Of a stretch of 64,000 nucleotides of DNA, positions 49,029-57,661 are shown piece after piece. A program made the position numbers and the translations under genes. Source of the stretch: a virus; the IMG/VR virus record IMGVR_UViG_3300047558_000137, positions 246,859 through 310,858 of that record. One strand, written 5' to 3'. The notes below the pieces were generated by a model, which saw nothing but the letters and a program-made list of their open reading frames with translations, was not told the origin of the DNA and made no database searches. The number at the start of each line of letters is the position of its first letter. Position 1 is the first letter of the stretch.

Positions 49029-49985
49029 TTATGCTTTTAAAATCCCATTAATTAAACCAGGGGAAAATACATCTTCGTACTTAGTGTACAAAGGCTCAAC
49101 TATATCTCTCATTTTTGCAATTTCGGAATCGCTAAATTTGTAATAGCTAACCCCCAACTCATCATGGCGAGCTTGGTTAACTGCGTAGTCCTCTGCTTCT
49201 GCAACACTTTCTTCGCGTTCACGAACCGCAGCAACACGGGCAGCTTGTCTTACAAATTCTTGATCTTCAGAATCTAAACTATTCCAGAAATCTTTAGAAA
49301 TTAAGATGCTTGTTAAGTACATGCTATGTTTAGTATCAACAATGTGCTTTTGAACAGCGGTATTAGCTTCGTATTCGTAACGTGGTAATGTAGTTTCTAC
49401 TGTGTAACCATTCTTTTGTAATACTTCGCTCTTGGCATCATAGTTACGTGCGCTGATAGCAAGTGGTTCGCATCCAAAAATCTTAGCTGTATCTACCATT
49501 ACTGGGTTTGGTGCAGTAACTAGTTTAATTCCCTTTAAGTCCTCAAAGGAATTAATCTTTTTATCTGACGCTAGGCATCTATACCCGCCACTATATGTAA
49601 ATGCTAGACCATGAACAGGAGTGTTTTTTTGTAGACTATCTAATAGTCCTCGACCAATTTCTCCGTCTAGAACACGAGTTGCATGATCGTGGTCTTTAAA
49701 CAAATATGGCATTTCTAATGCAAAAAAGTCCGGTGCATTCCATACACCAATAAGGTTAGTTTGCATCTGGCTCATTTCTACGTCATTATTTTGTATCAAT
49801 GACAATGGCTCGTGTTTTACGCCATTTTTAAATTTATCTGAATATTCTTCAAGTGTGTACACTTCCACATTGATTCTGTCTCCGGTTAAGCGGGCAATTT
49901 CTTGAGAAAATGCTTTAGCAGTACGGACAAACAAGTGGATAGGTTCGTGATATAATACCCAACGTATTGTGTGATTCTTTTTCAT
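49029..49985 (-). CDS. TRAP-transporter DctP-like solute-binding protein homolog (no signal peptide)
   Basis: VHGLAFTYSGGYRCLASDKKINSFEDLKGIKLVTAPNPVMVDTAKIFGCEPLAIS colinear with DctP GLAFWDNGFK...LKMRIQSS...ALGA.P region; N-terminus lacks secretion signal. Confidence 0.6.
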   Translation of the reverse strand: MKKNHTIRWVLYHEPIHLFVRTAKAFSQEIARLTGDRINVEVYTLEEYSDKFKNGVKHEPLSLIQNNDVEMSQMQTNLIGVWNAPDFFALEMPYLFKDHDHATRVLDGEIGRGLLDSLQKNTPVHGLAFTYSGGYRCLASDKKINSFEDLKGIKLVTAPNPVMVDTAKIFGCEPLAISARNYDAKSEVLQKNGYTVETTLPRYEYEANTAVQKHIVDTKHSMYLTSILISKDFWNSLDSEDQEFVRQAARVAAVREREESVAEAEDYAVNQARHDELGVSYYKFSDSEIAKMRDIVEPLYTKYEDVFSPGLINGILKA

Positions 49986-50025
49986 GTGTGATTTCCTCTG
50001 AATAAGAGCTAAGTCTATAGTGTAT

Positions 50026-50463
50026 TTATATTTTAATTAGATATTCGTAATTAACAGAAGACTCGTTTTCGCGCATAATTATTGCCCCATTTTTTAAATG
50101 GAATCTGCGGGCCATTTCAGTTTTGGGACTTAGAGTAACAAATCTAGTAATAGTTGGGTAGCGGTTGCGTATTTCGTTGACTGTTTCTCTGAGTAGCTCT
50201 ACCCCTGCGCCCGGGGCATAACTCCATATAGTGTAAAAGATTGCTGTAGTTGGTTGCTCAGCATCGCGAGAAAGATCATCAACATCTGCTGGTACAAAGT
50301 CATGCAGACTAACACAAACGATTGCTCTAGGTTTTTCATCGACTAACGCACTAATAAACCTTTTACCTTGTACACGAAACTCTGCAGGAATTTCAGGGCG
50401 AACGGGGTCGTCCTTTATGTAGGAAAGTATTGGGCTTTGTGGGTCAGTGATAATCGATAGCAT
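50026..50463 (-). CDS. hypothetical protein (possible GNAT-fold)
   Basis: 145-aa ORF; weak acetyltransferase-like YTIWSYAPGAGVELL. Confidence 0.3.
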   Translation of the reverse strand: MLSIITDPQSPILSYIKDDPVRPEIPAEFRVQGKRFISALVDEKPRAIVCVSLHDFVPADVDDLSRDAEQPTTAIFYTIWSYAPGAGVELLRETVNEIRNRYPTITRFVTLSPKTEMARRFHLKNGAIIMRENESSVNYEYLIKI

Positions 50464-50508
50464 ACAAACTTACTTATGATTTGATTTTCAAAAGCACCAT
50501 GTTTATGA

Positions 50509-51135
50509 TTATGTAAGGGTTGTTAATACATATGGCCAACATAAAGGGCCGGGTTTCGTAACAGGACCGGTCAATCGTTGATGTGCTGTATACCAACTTT
50601 TATGTATTAATTTTGCATCATCAAAGTTTATATTGAAGTTACCATAATGGCATATCTGAGAATAAAGTAATTCATCTAGATCTTCAGTGTATAAATCTGC
50701 TGTATCAAGTAAAAGTCCAGAGCAATTGCCTACATATAATTCTGCTTGTTGACGTTCATACCGCACTGTATTGAAGTATAAGTTTCGATCTACATGTGTG
50801 AATTTTTTATATAAGTCTAATGTCACCAGTGGATCTGTTGGATATAAGAAATAGTTAACATTGCTATCAAATTGCCCTGGTCTATTTTCCCACCCCGGGT
50901 CAAAATTGGTATGAGCAAATTTAATCTGTTCATTTAAGACCTGTCTATACTTAAACTCATAACTAAACCAATTTTTACAGTTACGCTCTGCAGGATAAAC
51001 ATTTGACAGTATATAGTCAACTTTATCCGCAACAGGGCCACGATCAAAAAGAAGAAAACCGGGGTCGAGTAGTAGCAACCACCTTAAATGATTACCACAC
51101 CCGCCCCGGCAACTATGCACAATAGCACGATGCAT
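50509..51135 (-). CDS. hypothetical protein
   Basis: 208-aa ORF, stop/start overlap with phosphoesterase. Confidence 0.45.
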   Translation of the reverse strand: MHRAIVHSCRGGCGNHLRWLLLLDPGFLLFDRGPVADKVDYILSNVYPAERNCKNWFSYEFKYRQVLNEQIKFAHTNFDPGWENRPGQFDSNVNYFLYPTDPLVTLDLYKKFTHVDRNLYFNTVRYERQQAELYVGNCSGLLLDTADLYTEDLDELLYSQICHYGNFNINFDDAKLIHKSWYTAHQRLTGPVTKPGPLCWPYVLTTLT

Positions 51136-51740
51136 TACATTGTAGGCCCATTGCCATTACGCATACCAACTGTACCACCTTCTGCTGTAATGCGCTTGAT
51201 GACATCTTCAAACAGGATGGGAGCGAAGTCCGGGGTCTGTTCTACACACACGCAGTGGTAGCGGACATCGTTCTCATTACTGTACAAGACTTCACCGGTT
51301 TTGACATTATATCCACGCATCTTCTTTACACGATTAGTATGCAAGTGTCCGTGAATGTTCGTGCCAAAGCGGCCCAACGAAGCTTCGTGTACCGGAATAT
51401 GACTAAGAATCATTCCGTTCATTACATGGTATGCACGTAGTTCACGAAAGTATTCACGATATTCTTCATCACGAAAGATATCATGGTTGCCACGGATCAA
51501 GACTTTATCACCGTTTAGGCGGGCAAGCGTTTTCAAAGCCCGTCTATTGATAACAACATCGCCTAGGTGATAGACTTTGTCGTTGGGCCTTACACGGTCA
51601 TTCCAGGCCTTGACCATGGCTTCATCCATTTCATCCGGATCTGTCCACGGACGTATTTTTGTAACACCGTCCGCTTCAGTAAAGCGACATACACCGGCAT
51701 GGCCAAAGTGCGTATCGCTAACTAAGAATACTGCTGGCAT
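51135..51740 (-). CDS. calcineurin-like metallophosphoesterase
   Basis: DTHFGH, GDVV, GNHD, ...GHLH motifs in canonical order. Confidence 0.8.
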   Translation of the reverse strand: MPAVFLVSDTHFGHAGVCRFTEADGVTKIRPWTDPDEMDEAMVKAWNDRVRPNDKVYHLGDVVINRRALKTLARLNGDKVLIRGNHDIFRDEEYREYFRELRAYHVMNGMILSHIPVHEASLGRFGTNIHGHLHTNRVKKMRGYNVKTGEVLYSNENDVRYHCVCVEQTPDFAPILFEDVIKRITAEGGTVGMRNGNGPTM

Positions 51741-51822
51741 ATTCGCCTCCTTTCTGTTGCAATGACTTATTATAGCACAATTTTAAGTCAAAAAAAAGTA
51801 GTACTTAGGTACTACTTGTGTT

Positions 51823-51896
51823 TGGAGCGGGATAGCGGAATCGAACCGCTGACTTGAACTTGGAAGGATCTCGTTTTACCATTAAACTAATCCCGC
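51823..51896 (-). tRNA. tRNA, probably Gly(TCC); anticodon stem imperfect
   Basis: Cloverleaf with T-arm AGCGG-TTCGATT-CCGCT, acceptor GCGGGAT/ATCCCGC, encoded CCA; loop CTTCCAA but only 3/5 stem pairs. Confidence 0.6.
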
Positions 51897-51903
51897 ATAA
51901 ACT

Positions 51904-51978
51904 TGGTACCTTGTGACAGTTTCGAACTGCCGACCCTCTCGGTGTAAACGAGACGCTCTACCCCTGAGCTAACAAGGC
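51904..51978 (-). tRNA. tRNA-Val(TAC)
   Basis: GCCTTGT-TA-GCTCAGGGGTAGAGC-G-TCTCG-TTTACAC-CGAGA...TTCGAAA; CCA encoded. Confidence 0.8.
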
Positions 51979-52081
51979 AACTATTTTTTGTACTCTTGCA
52001 AGTACTGATTTCTTTTTGAAATCTTTTTATATCTACTTCCTTTGCCTTTACTACCAAAGTTTTCTGTTTGACTATGGCAAA

Positions 52082-52157
<76 letters not shown>

Positions 52158-52161
52158 CATA

Positions 52162-52238
52162 TTGGTTGCAGAGGCTGGATTCGAACCAGCGGCCTCCAGG
52201 TTATGAGCCTAGCGGGATGACCAACTTCCCTACCCTGC
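52162..52238 (-). tRNA. tRNA-Met(CAT), initiator-like (C1 opposite A72)
   Basis: CGCAGGG...CTAGG-CTCATAA-CCTGG...GCTGGTTCGAATCCAGC-CTCTGCA-A-CCA; unpaired 1:72 is the bacterial initiator hallmark. Confidence 0.75.
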
Positions 52239-52246
52239 GTCAATAT

Positions 52247-52882
52247 TTATACCAGCTGCTCTGCTACTAACAGAGAAACTGTATCAGCATCCAATTCGAT
52301 TTCGGTGCGAACATTAAGTTCCAACACCCGATCATTGATGCTTTGTTTTTCTTTTTTCAGGCTACGCATTTCTGCCTTGTAACCTTCAATTTGTTCTGCT
52401 GTCAACACGCCAGTGTCAACTGTGTCGCTGTACCCATACATACGGGTCTTTGAATCGCTGTCGCGAAGTTTCCGCAACTTGCCAGACAACACTTTTTCCG
52501 ATTCAACAACTTTGCCTTCGGTTAGGCTTTTTAGTTGGCCAATACGCTTATCAACGTAAGCGGCTTCTGTGAGCAAGTCTGCTACACCACTTGCGGCATT
52601 AGCACGACCAACTTGGGCACGAATTGCGTACAAGGCCTTTGTCAGCTTGTTACGGCGTGCATCGTTAGCAACAACGCCTTCACGAGCACAAGCCAACTCT
52701 TTAGCTGGATCCTGGAACTCGTTTAGTGAAAACGATGTAGTCACTTCAATGGTTTTTGTGTGTTCCTGGATTGTGTTTTGTAATGCGTTTGCTTTGCGAA
52801 GTGTAATCTTCATAATCGAGTCCCTTTCTGATTGAATTATAGCAGTGAGCGTATGGCAAGTCAATTGCCGGACAATGTGCAA
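52247..52882 (-). CDS. hypothetical coiled-coil protein (start possibly at internal MKITLRK)
   Basis: 211-aa ORF directly downstream of tRNA-Met. Confidence 0.45.
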   Translation of the reverse strand: MHIVRQLTCHTLTAIIQSERDSIMKITLRKANALQNTIQEHTKTIEVTTSFSLNEFQDPAKELACAREGVVANDARRNKLTKALYAIRAQVGRANAASGVADLLTEAAYVDKRIGQLKSLTEGKVVESEKVLSGKLRKLRDSDSKTRMYGYSDTVDTGVLTAEQIEGYKAEMRSLKKEKQSINDRVLELNVRTEIELDADTVSLLVAEQLV

Positions 52883-53108
52883 AATACATTAGCGGTTAGA
52901 CATTTTTAGGCGCCTAAATTACTAAAGCAAAATACAAGAGACAGAGGATACCAATATTCGTGAGTGTCAACAAACAAGGCAATTACGCCGGGGTCTCACA
53001 TCACTGGATCACGATTGTTAATGCAATATTTCCGTTCAAGGGAATATTACGGTGCAATCTCTCATCTCCATACACATCACCGTCCTGTTTTAATAAACAG
53101 GCAAAATC

Positions 53109-53291
53109 TTAACAATGTTCTTTAAACAACGCCTTGCGCTTTTCTTGGCCCAATGTGTTATCTAAAACATCTTTGCATCTATTCATCATACCAAAACATA
53201 AAATCAATAACTCATTCTGGTCATCGCACATCATAATCTGCTGTTCGATGGGTTGCATAAGTTCTTTTAATTTTTGATCAATAGGATGCAT
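53109..53291 (-). CDS. small hypothetical protein (track ORF 53109-53366 runs into tRNA-Cys; shortened to internal Met)
   Basis: MHPIDQKLKELMQPIEQQIMMCDDQNELLILCFGMMNRCKDVLDNTLGQEKRKALFKEHC. Confidence 0.3.
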   Translation of the reverse strand: MHPIDQKLKELMQPIEQQIMMCDDQNELLILCFGMMNRCKDVLDNTLGQEKRKALFKEHC

Positions 53292-53296
53292 AAACT

Positions 53297-53372
53297 TGGA
53301 GCACGGTGTAGGAGTTGAACCTACCTCATACCGGGTTTGCAATCCAGCGCATAACCGCTCTGCCAACCGTGC
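53297..53372 (-). tRNA. tRNA-Cys(GCA)
   Basis: GCACGGT...D-loop AGCGGTTA identical to E. coli tRNA-Cys, loop TTGCAAA, T-arm GTAGG-TTCAACT-CCTAC, CCA encoded. Confidence 0.75.
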
Positions 53373-53504
53373 ATAATTCTTTGTTTAGTGGGCTACCCCT
53401 CATGTTCTCTTACTCTTGGGTAACGTGACCAGATCGCATAGCACCGAAGAACAATCCGTACTATACTAGGCTCCCTCGCTAAAGGCATCACTAAACAAAA
53501 ACTT

Positions 53505-53596
53505 ATATGTAAACACACTACCACGGCGTTATACTGCTGTATCGCAAGCAATACTACCATGTCTACCCATTGTGCATGTAATGTGTTTGCATATAA
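53505..53596 (-). repeat. copy A of about 90-nt conserved hairpin element (arms ATGTAAACACACT / AATGTGTTTGCATAT)
   Basis: Second copy at 56129-56207 abuts the 3' end of tRNA-Lys; arms are inverted repeats of each other, inner region partly conserved (AATACTACC / AGTATTGCTACC). Confidence 0.55.
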
Positions 53597-53597
53597 G

Positions 53598-53670
53598 TGG
53601 AGGACTGAGATTACATCTCTCCCAATAGCACCTCGAGCATTATACTGCACCTTGCGAGCACAGCTTCTCT
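53598..53670 (-). pseudogene. degenerate tRNA-like remnant (3' end CTCAGTCCTCCA resembles tRNA-Lys 3' end) attached to repeat copy A
   Basis: No canonical T-loop; same junction with the hairpin element as the intact tRNA-Lys copy. Confidence 0.25.
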
Positions 53671-53928
53671 CGACATCCACGGTAACCCTTGCGGTATTAC
53701 TGTCTGCTATCAGCATCGCCGTTTTTAACGTCAGGCAGTAGACGTGTCGCTATCAGCTACTCTGTACCTTATTTCCCGTTGACCTTTAGAGCCATTCACA
53801 GTCGCTAAACTGTTACGAAACTTCTAGTACAAACCAATTTCACCTTGCGAGTTACGTTGGACTTGATTCACTTGCGTGTCAAGCATTAGATGCTTTTCAC
53901 TGATAACCGTGTCAGACTTTGCGTTTTT

Positions 53929-54000
53929 CGATGTTAGCTGGGATCGAACCAGCAGTCTATTTCTTAGAAGGAAATCGGCCTACCATTAGCCTATAACAAC
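53929..54000 (-). tRNA. tRNA-Arg(TCT), no encoded CCA, one acceptor mismatch
   Basis: GTTGTTA-TA-GGCTAATGGTAGGCC-G-ATTTC-CTTCTAA-GAAAT...GCTGGTTCGATCCCAGC-TAACATC. Confidence 0.6.
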
Positions 54001-54735
54001 CTACTATGATGAGCTGACACAGTTGATCCATACACTTTTGGTATACAGAATACAACTCACCACGTACCTTTCCTCTCGCGGAGTAATCAGTCGTTTTTTG
54101 CGATCAATGTCTACGCTAACACGTAACCACCAACCACTCAAACTGCACTACAACCCTTAGGAGCGACCCCTCGGATCATAACGCTACCCTTTCTCATACT
54201 AACTGACAAGTTGGTTTTGCTGTGAAGTCGGCACCACCCGTTACTTTCCACACACCCGAGTTCCCTTTGATGCGATCTCTGGCTCGACGATATGCGTTCT
54301 TCCCACAGCACTTGCTTCATTGTTACATCCACCGGTCTTATCAGTGAACGCTACCTCACGGTAGTGAGCAGGCTTGCTTAAATGAACTATTGCTAGCGGA
54401 GTTGCGTAGGCTTACCTCCTTTGGCTGTGTCACCACAGTTATTCTTTGTCTAGCCGGGCGAACCGACTCTACAGGACATTAAGCTGCCCTTAAATTCTTA
54501 TACAACTGCACACTCACAGGAATTGAACCTGTCTACCTGGCGACCATTTGTTCATCCAGGCTGCAATCCGCTACATCTGCGTGGCCTACGCATTTGTGTG
54601 CATGTGTATAAGAACTTCTTATACTTTAACTTTTTAAAGAACATTTTCGTCAGTTATTGCTAACTGTCTAAGTATCTATTGTTACATAAAAAACATTTAT
54701 TGTCAACTGTTTTTTAGATAAAAATAAAAATATTT

Positions 54736-54810
54736 TGGTCCGGCGTGCAGGAATCGAACCCACATTCGCGAGGTAGAAGCTCGCTGTATTATCCATTATA
54801 CTAACGCCAG
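54736..54810 (-). tRNA. tRNA-Arg(TCT), second copy; paralogous to tRNA-Arg(ACG) at 58222
   Basis: CTGGCGT-TA-GTATAATGGATAATAC-A-GCGAG-CTTCTAC-CTCGC...GTGGGTTCGATTCCTGC-ACGCCGG-A-CCA. Confidence 0.75.
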
Positions 54811-54830
54811 TTAGATATAAGTATTATACT

Positions 54831-55385
54831 ATGAGTCACCTTTATAGCCAAGAATTAAAAACATGGAACGAGCATCTTTTTCAAAGTGACTACGGCTGGG
54901 GCAACAATCAAACGTACCTCTTTCCACTTAATGCCGATACCATACTAAAAGATAACGACATTATAAAGCTAATTAAACCAAAATCAATATTAGATTATGG
55001 TTGCGGTAATGGTTTAGTATTACAAAATATTTGTCAAACTTTCCCTCATATACACGCTGTTGGCTATGACCCTTTTGTAGGAAAATACGCAGAATTTCCA
55101 CAAGGTGAGTTTGATCTAGTGTTGTCCTACCATGCAATTAACAACGTTGAGTATGACTACTGGGACGAGACCATCTCTAAGTTACAACAACTCTGCAAGT
55201 CTAATGCATTTTTTAAAGTAGTCCTAACTGGCCGATATCCAGAAAGAACCTTTAGCTGGTACAATGACGAATTTAGCAAATATTTTAAGATACGGCGTAG
55301 TTTCCATGACACTATTCCAACTACACGAAGCTCGGTGTTTGAAAACAAGACGGTGTTCTTTGGAACATTTTGGCTTACTAGATAG
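54831..55385 (+). CDS. class I SAM-dependent methyltransferase
   Basis: ILDYGCGNGLVLQNI motif I, acidic motif II GYDPF; only plus-strand gene inside the tRNA island. Confidence 0.65.
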   Translation: MSHLYSQELKTWNEHLFQSDYGWGNNQTYLFPLNADTILKDNDIIKLIKPKSILDYGCGNGLVLQNICQTFPHIHAVGYDPFVGKYAEFPQGEFDLVLSYHAINNVEYDYWDETISKLQQLCKSNAFFKVVLTGRYPERTFSWYNDEFSKYFKIRRSFHDTIPTTRSSVFENKTVFFGTFWLTR

Positions 55386-55468
55386 TGGTACCCCCGGTCA
55401 GATTCGAACTGACATATTATACTCCTCTGTTTGAGAGAGGCGACTTTACCAAATTTGTCCACAGGGGC
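55386..55468 (-). tRNA. tRNA-Leu(CAA), class II long variable arm
   Basis: GCCCCTG...CCTCT-CTCAAAC-AGAGG plus 12-nt variable arm, GTCAGTTCGAATCTGAC, CCA encoded. Confidence 0.75.
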
Positions 55469-55474
55469 ATTTAT

Positions 55475-55550
55475 TGGTGGCAAGGACTGGGGTCGAACCA
55501 GTGACACACGGATTTTCAATCCGCTGCTCTACCAACTGAGCTACATTGCC
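55475..55550 (-). tRNA. tRNA-Phe(GAA)
   Basis: GGCAATG-TA-GCTCAGTTGGTAGAGC-A-GCGGA-TTGAAAA-TCCGT...ACTGGTTCGACCCCAGT; CCA encoded. Confidence 0.8.
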
Positions 55551-55752
55551 ATATAGAAGCACTCTCAAATGCAGGCCTAGGAGGAGTCAAGCTCTGAAAC
55601 CGTTGCGTATGCATCCACTTGGGTCTCATCTCCCGCTTTGTCTTACGCCAAGAATACTTCTATATGAGCTCCACCGTTAACTGACGCTTGTCCTAGCTTT
55701 ATTTTGTGTCGGTTAATGCACGGTGGACACACATGCCGACAGATTTTTATGC

Positions 55753-55833
55753 GAACTCATTGTAGGCAGGACTCGAACCTGCAAGCGGCGACGGCTAGTC
55801 CCCGATGTCTACCAATTTCATCACTACGAGTTC
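55753..55833 (-). pseudogene. tRNA-like sequence with canonical T-arm (GCAGGTTCGAGTCCTGC) but non-canonical acceptor/anticodon geometry
   Basis: Could be a degenerate or interrupted tRNA; not foldable by hand into a standard cloverleaf. Confidence 0.3.
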
Positions 55834-56128
55834 CTGGAGTTAATTACTCCCCAGTATGGATGTTACCTGCAGATAACATTAACCATATAAAAGACAACTA
55901 CGAATATTGTGTTGCTAGCCCGGCGTTGGTCGCGAAAACCCTTTCCTTGCTACTTGGCACAATAGACTTCCAAACTACTTAGGCGCCGGCCGACGTTTTA
56001 TTTCGTAAGTTAATTGTCTTTTATATGGCGGTACATGAGTTAACCTAAAGCTAGTCTAATATCGTGGCCACAATATTTCGTCTATGTCTTAGGATATACA
56101 CGTTGGTACCTTGCGTACCTCACGCACC

Positions 56129-56207
56129 ATATGTAAACACACTGACTCTCCAGTATTGCTACCTTCACCGAGTTTGACGTCTTAGGTCGTGCAATGTGTT
56201 TGCATAT
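56129..56207 (-). repeat. copy B of the about 90-nt hairpin element, immediately 3' of tRNA-Lys(TTT)
   Basis: ATGTAAACACACT ... AATGTGTTTGCATAT, same arms as copy A. Confidence 0.55.
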
Positions 56208-56282
56208 GGTAGGACTGCCCGGACTCGAACCGGGAATTGACGGATTAAAAGTCCGCTGTGATAACCATTTCACTACAATCCC
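56207..56282 (-). tRNA. tRNA-Lys(TTT)
   Basis: GGGATTG-TA-GTGAAATGGTTATCAC-A-GCGGA-CTTTTAA-TCCGT...CCCGGTTCGAGTCCGGG; CCA encoded. Confidence 0.8.
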
Positions 56283-56286
56283 ATAT

Positions 56287-56361
56287 TGGTCCCTAACGAA
56301 GGATTCGAACCTTCAACTCGAGGATTAAGAGTCCTGTACGTTACCATTACGCCAGTTAGGG
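56287..56361 (-). tRNA. tRNA-Lys(CTT) (tentative anticodon)
   Basis: CCCTAAC-TG-GCGTAATGGTAACGT-A-CAGGA-CTCTTAA-TCCTC...GAAGGTTCGAATCCTTC-GTTAGGG-A-CCA. Confidence 0.65.
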
Positions 56362-56454
56362 TTAGTGTATTACGTTTTGTTTAACGTGCTAACCCAGACC
56401 AATACGGGATCTGAGTCAACACTAACGTTTACCACGTTTCATGTTGTTCTCCTG

Positions 56455-57078
56455 TTACATGTTTTTAAATTGAATTGTTCGCCAAGACTCAGGGTCTGGC
56501 TGCTCGTTTTCATCGTATGTCCAACCTAGTGCTTTCATCATCTTGTGCTTAACACGCAAGTTAGGAATACGAGTCTTTTCAGTGTCCTGAAAGCCCATCA
56601 TAATCCCAACTTCCGCTACTGCACCACTACGACACAAGCCAGCCATACAGTGTACTACAACACCCATTTTATTGTCAAGTGCATGTTGCAAGAGTCGCAC
56701 AATTTCTTGTGCTTGCTCATCGCTAATTTTACACTCTTCTGGGAAGTTATCCCGATCCTCAACATCCAGAAACTCAAACCTATGTGTTTCTTTAAATTTG
56801 TGTACTGGTGTGGGCCACCAGCTGGTAGCTGTATCCATGATTTGGATAAGCATACTATTCTCCCCGCAGTCATGATGAAAGCGAGCGGGAATATCGGCAG
56901 CAGCCACATTTTCGATAAAAGGCATCATACATCCTTCATTACTTGATAGAGAACAAACATTATAACACATACCAGAATTAGTACACTCATTGATGTTCTC
57001 CTTTTTGTTGGTGCCCCAGGTCGGACTCGAACCGACACGCCTCACAGCAATGGTTTCTAAGACCATCGTGGCTACCAT
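56455..57078 (-). CDS. dual-specificity (Cys-based) protein/RNA phosphatase
   Basis: Active-site VVHCMAGLCRSGAV (HCx5R P-loop) with upstream Asp; 207 aa. Confidence 0.75.
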   Translation of the reverse strand: MVATMVLETIAVRRVGSSPTWGTNKKENINECTNSGMCYNVCSLSSNEGCMMPFIENVAAADIPARFHHDCGENSMLIQIMDTATSWWPTPVHKFKETHRFEFLDVEDRDNFPEECKISDEQAQEIVRLLQHALDNKMGVVVHCMAGLCRSGAVAEVGIMMGFQDTEKTRIPNLRVKHKMMKALGWTYDENEQPDPESWRTIQFKNM

Positions 57079-57092
57079 TACACCACCGGGGC
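57009..57092 (-). tRNA. tRNA-Leu(TAG), class II
   Basis: GCCCCGG...ATGGT-CTTAGAA-ACCAT plus long variable arm, GTCGGTTCGAGTCCGAC, CCA encoded. Confidence 0.75.
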
Positions 57093-57106
57093 AGATAAAT
57101 ACTTAC

Positions 57107-57661
57107 ATGAAATTCTCTGAAATTATACAAGAAGCCCGTAACCCAGAATGGGAATACGAAGACTTTGAAAACAAAGTGATCCTACGTTTAGAAGGGTACG
57201 ATAGTCAATTTGTGACTAAACTTGCTAAATCTTTCCAAGACGTTGCTGAAGCAAAAGAAAAACTAGCTGCTCTTGAAGAAATTCATAAGCAACAGATACG
57301 TGATCTACACGAATTGTTTGATGCTGCTGATGCGCTTAAAACTCGAGAAATTGAAACAAAGAGTCTTGTTGTACAAATTAGTAAAGACCCAGCTCCTACT
57401 AAAACTCCAAAGTATAAAGAAATCTTAACTCAAATCATGACACACATGAATCCTGAGTTATTAGCAATGACTAAAAGTTTAATTGAAACTATTGTAACTG
57501 TTGTACAAAAGCCCGCGGGCGTAAAAGTTAAACCACTCGATGAGAGTACAATGAATGCCCTACTTGCATTTGCACATCAAGTAAAAGCCAAAGTACTTAA
57601 CTGGGCTAATAGTTACGATCAGAAGTTGTTAATGTTAAAAAACGCGATAGCGCGAGCTTAA
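57107..57661 (+). CDS. hypothetical coiled-coil protein (track ORF 56990-57661 trimmed to Met after the tRNA)
   Basis: MKFSEIIQEARNPEWEYEDFENKVILRLEGYD... Confidence 0.4.
   Translation: MKFSEIIQEARNPEWEYEDFENKVILRLEGYDSQFVTKLAKSFQDVAEAKEKLAALEEIHKQQIRDLHELFDAADALKTREIETKSLVVQISKDPAPTKTPKYKEILTQIMTHMNPELLAMTKSLIETIVTVVQKPAGVKVKPLDESTMNALLAFAHQVKAKVLNWANSYDQKLLMLKNAIARA

Noticed and set aside
53393-53716. 107-aa ORF and other short ORFs (54138-54332, 55157-55519, 55704-55982) in the non-coding stretches of the tRNA island
   Set aside because: Poor coding character, span tRNA-like and repeat sequences, no start context; more likely RNA or decayed tRNA sequence.
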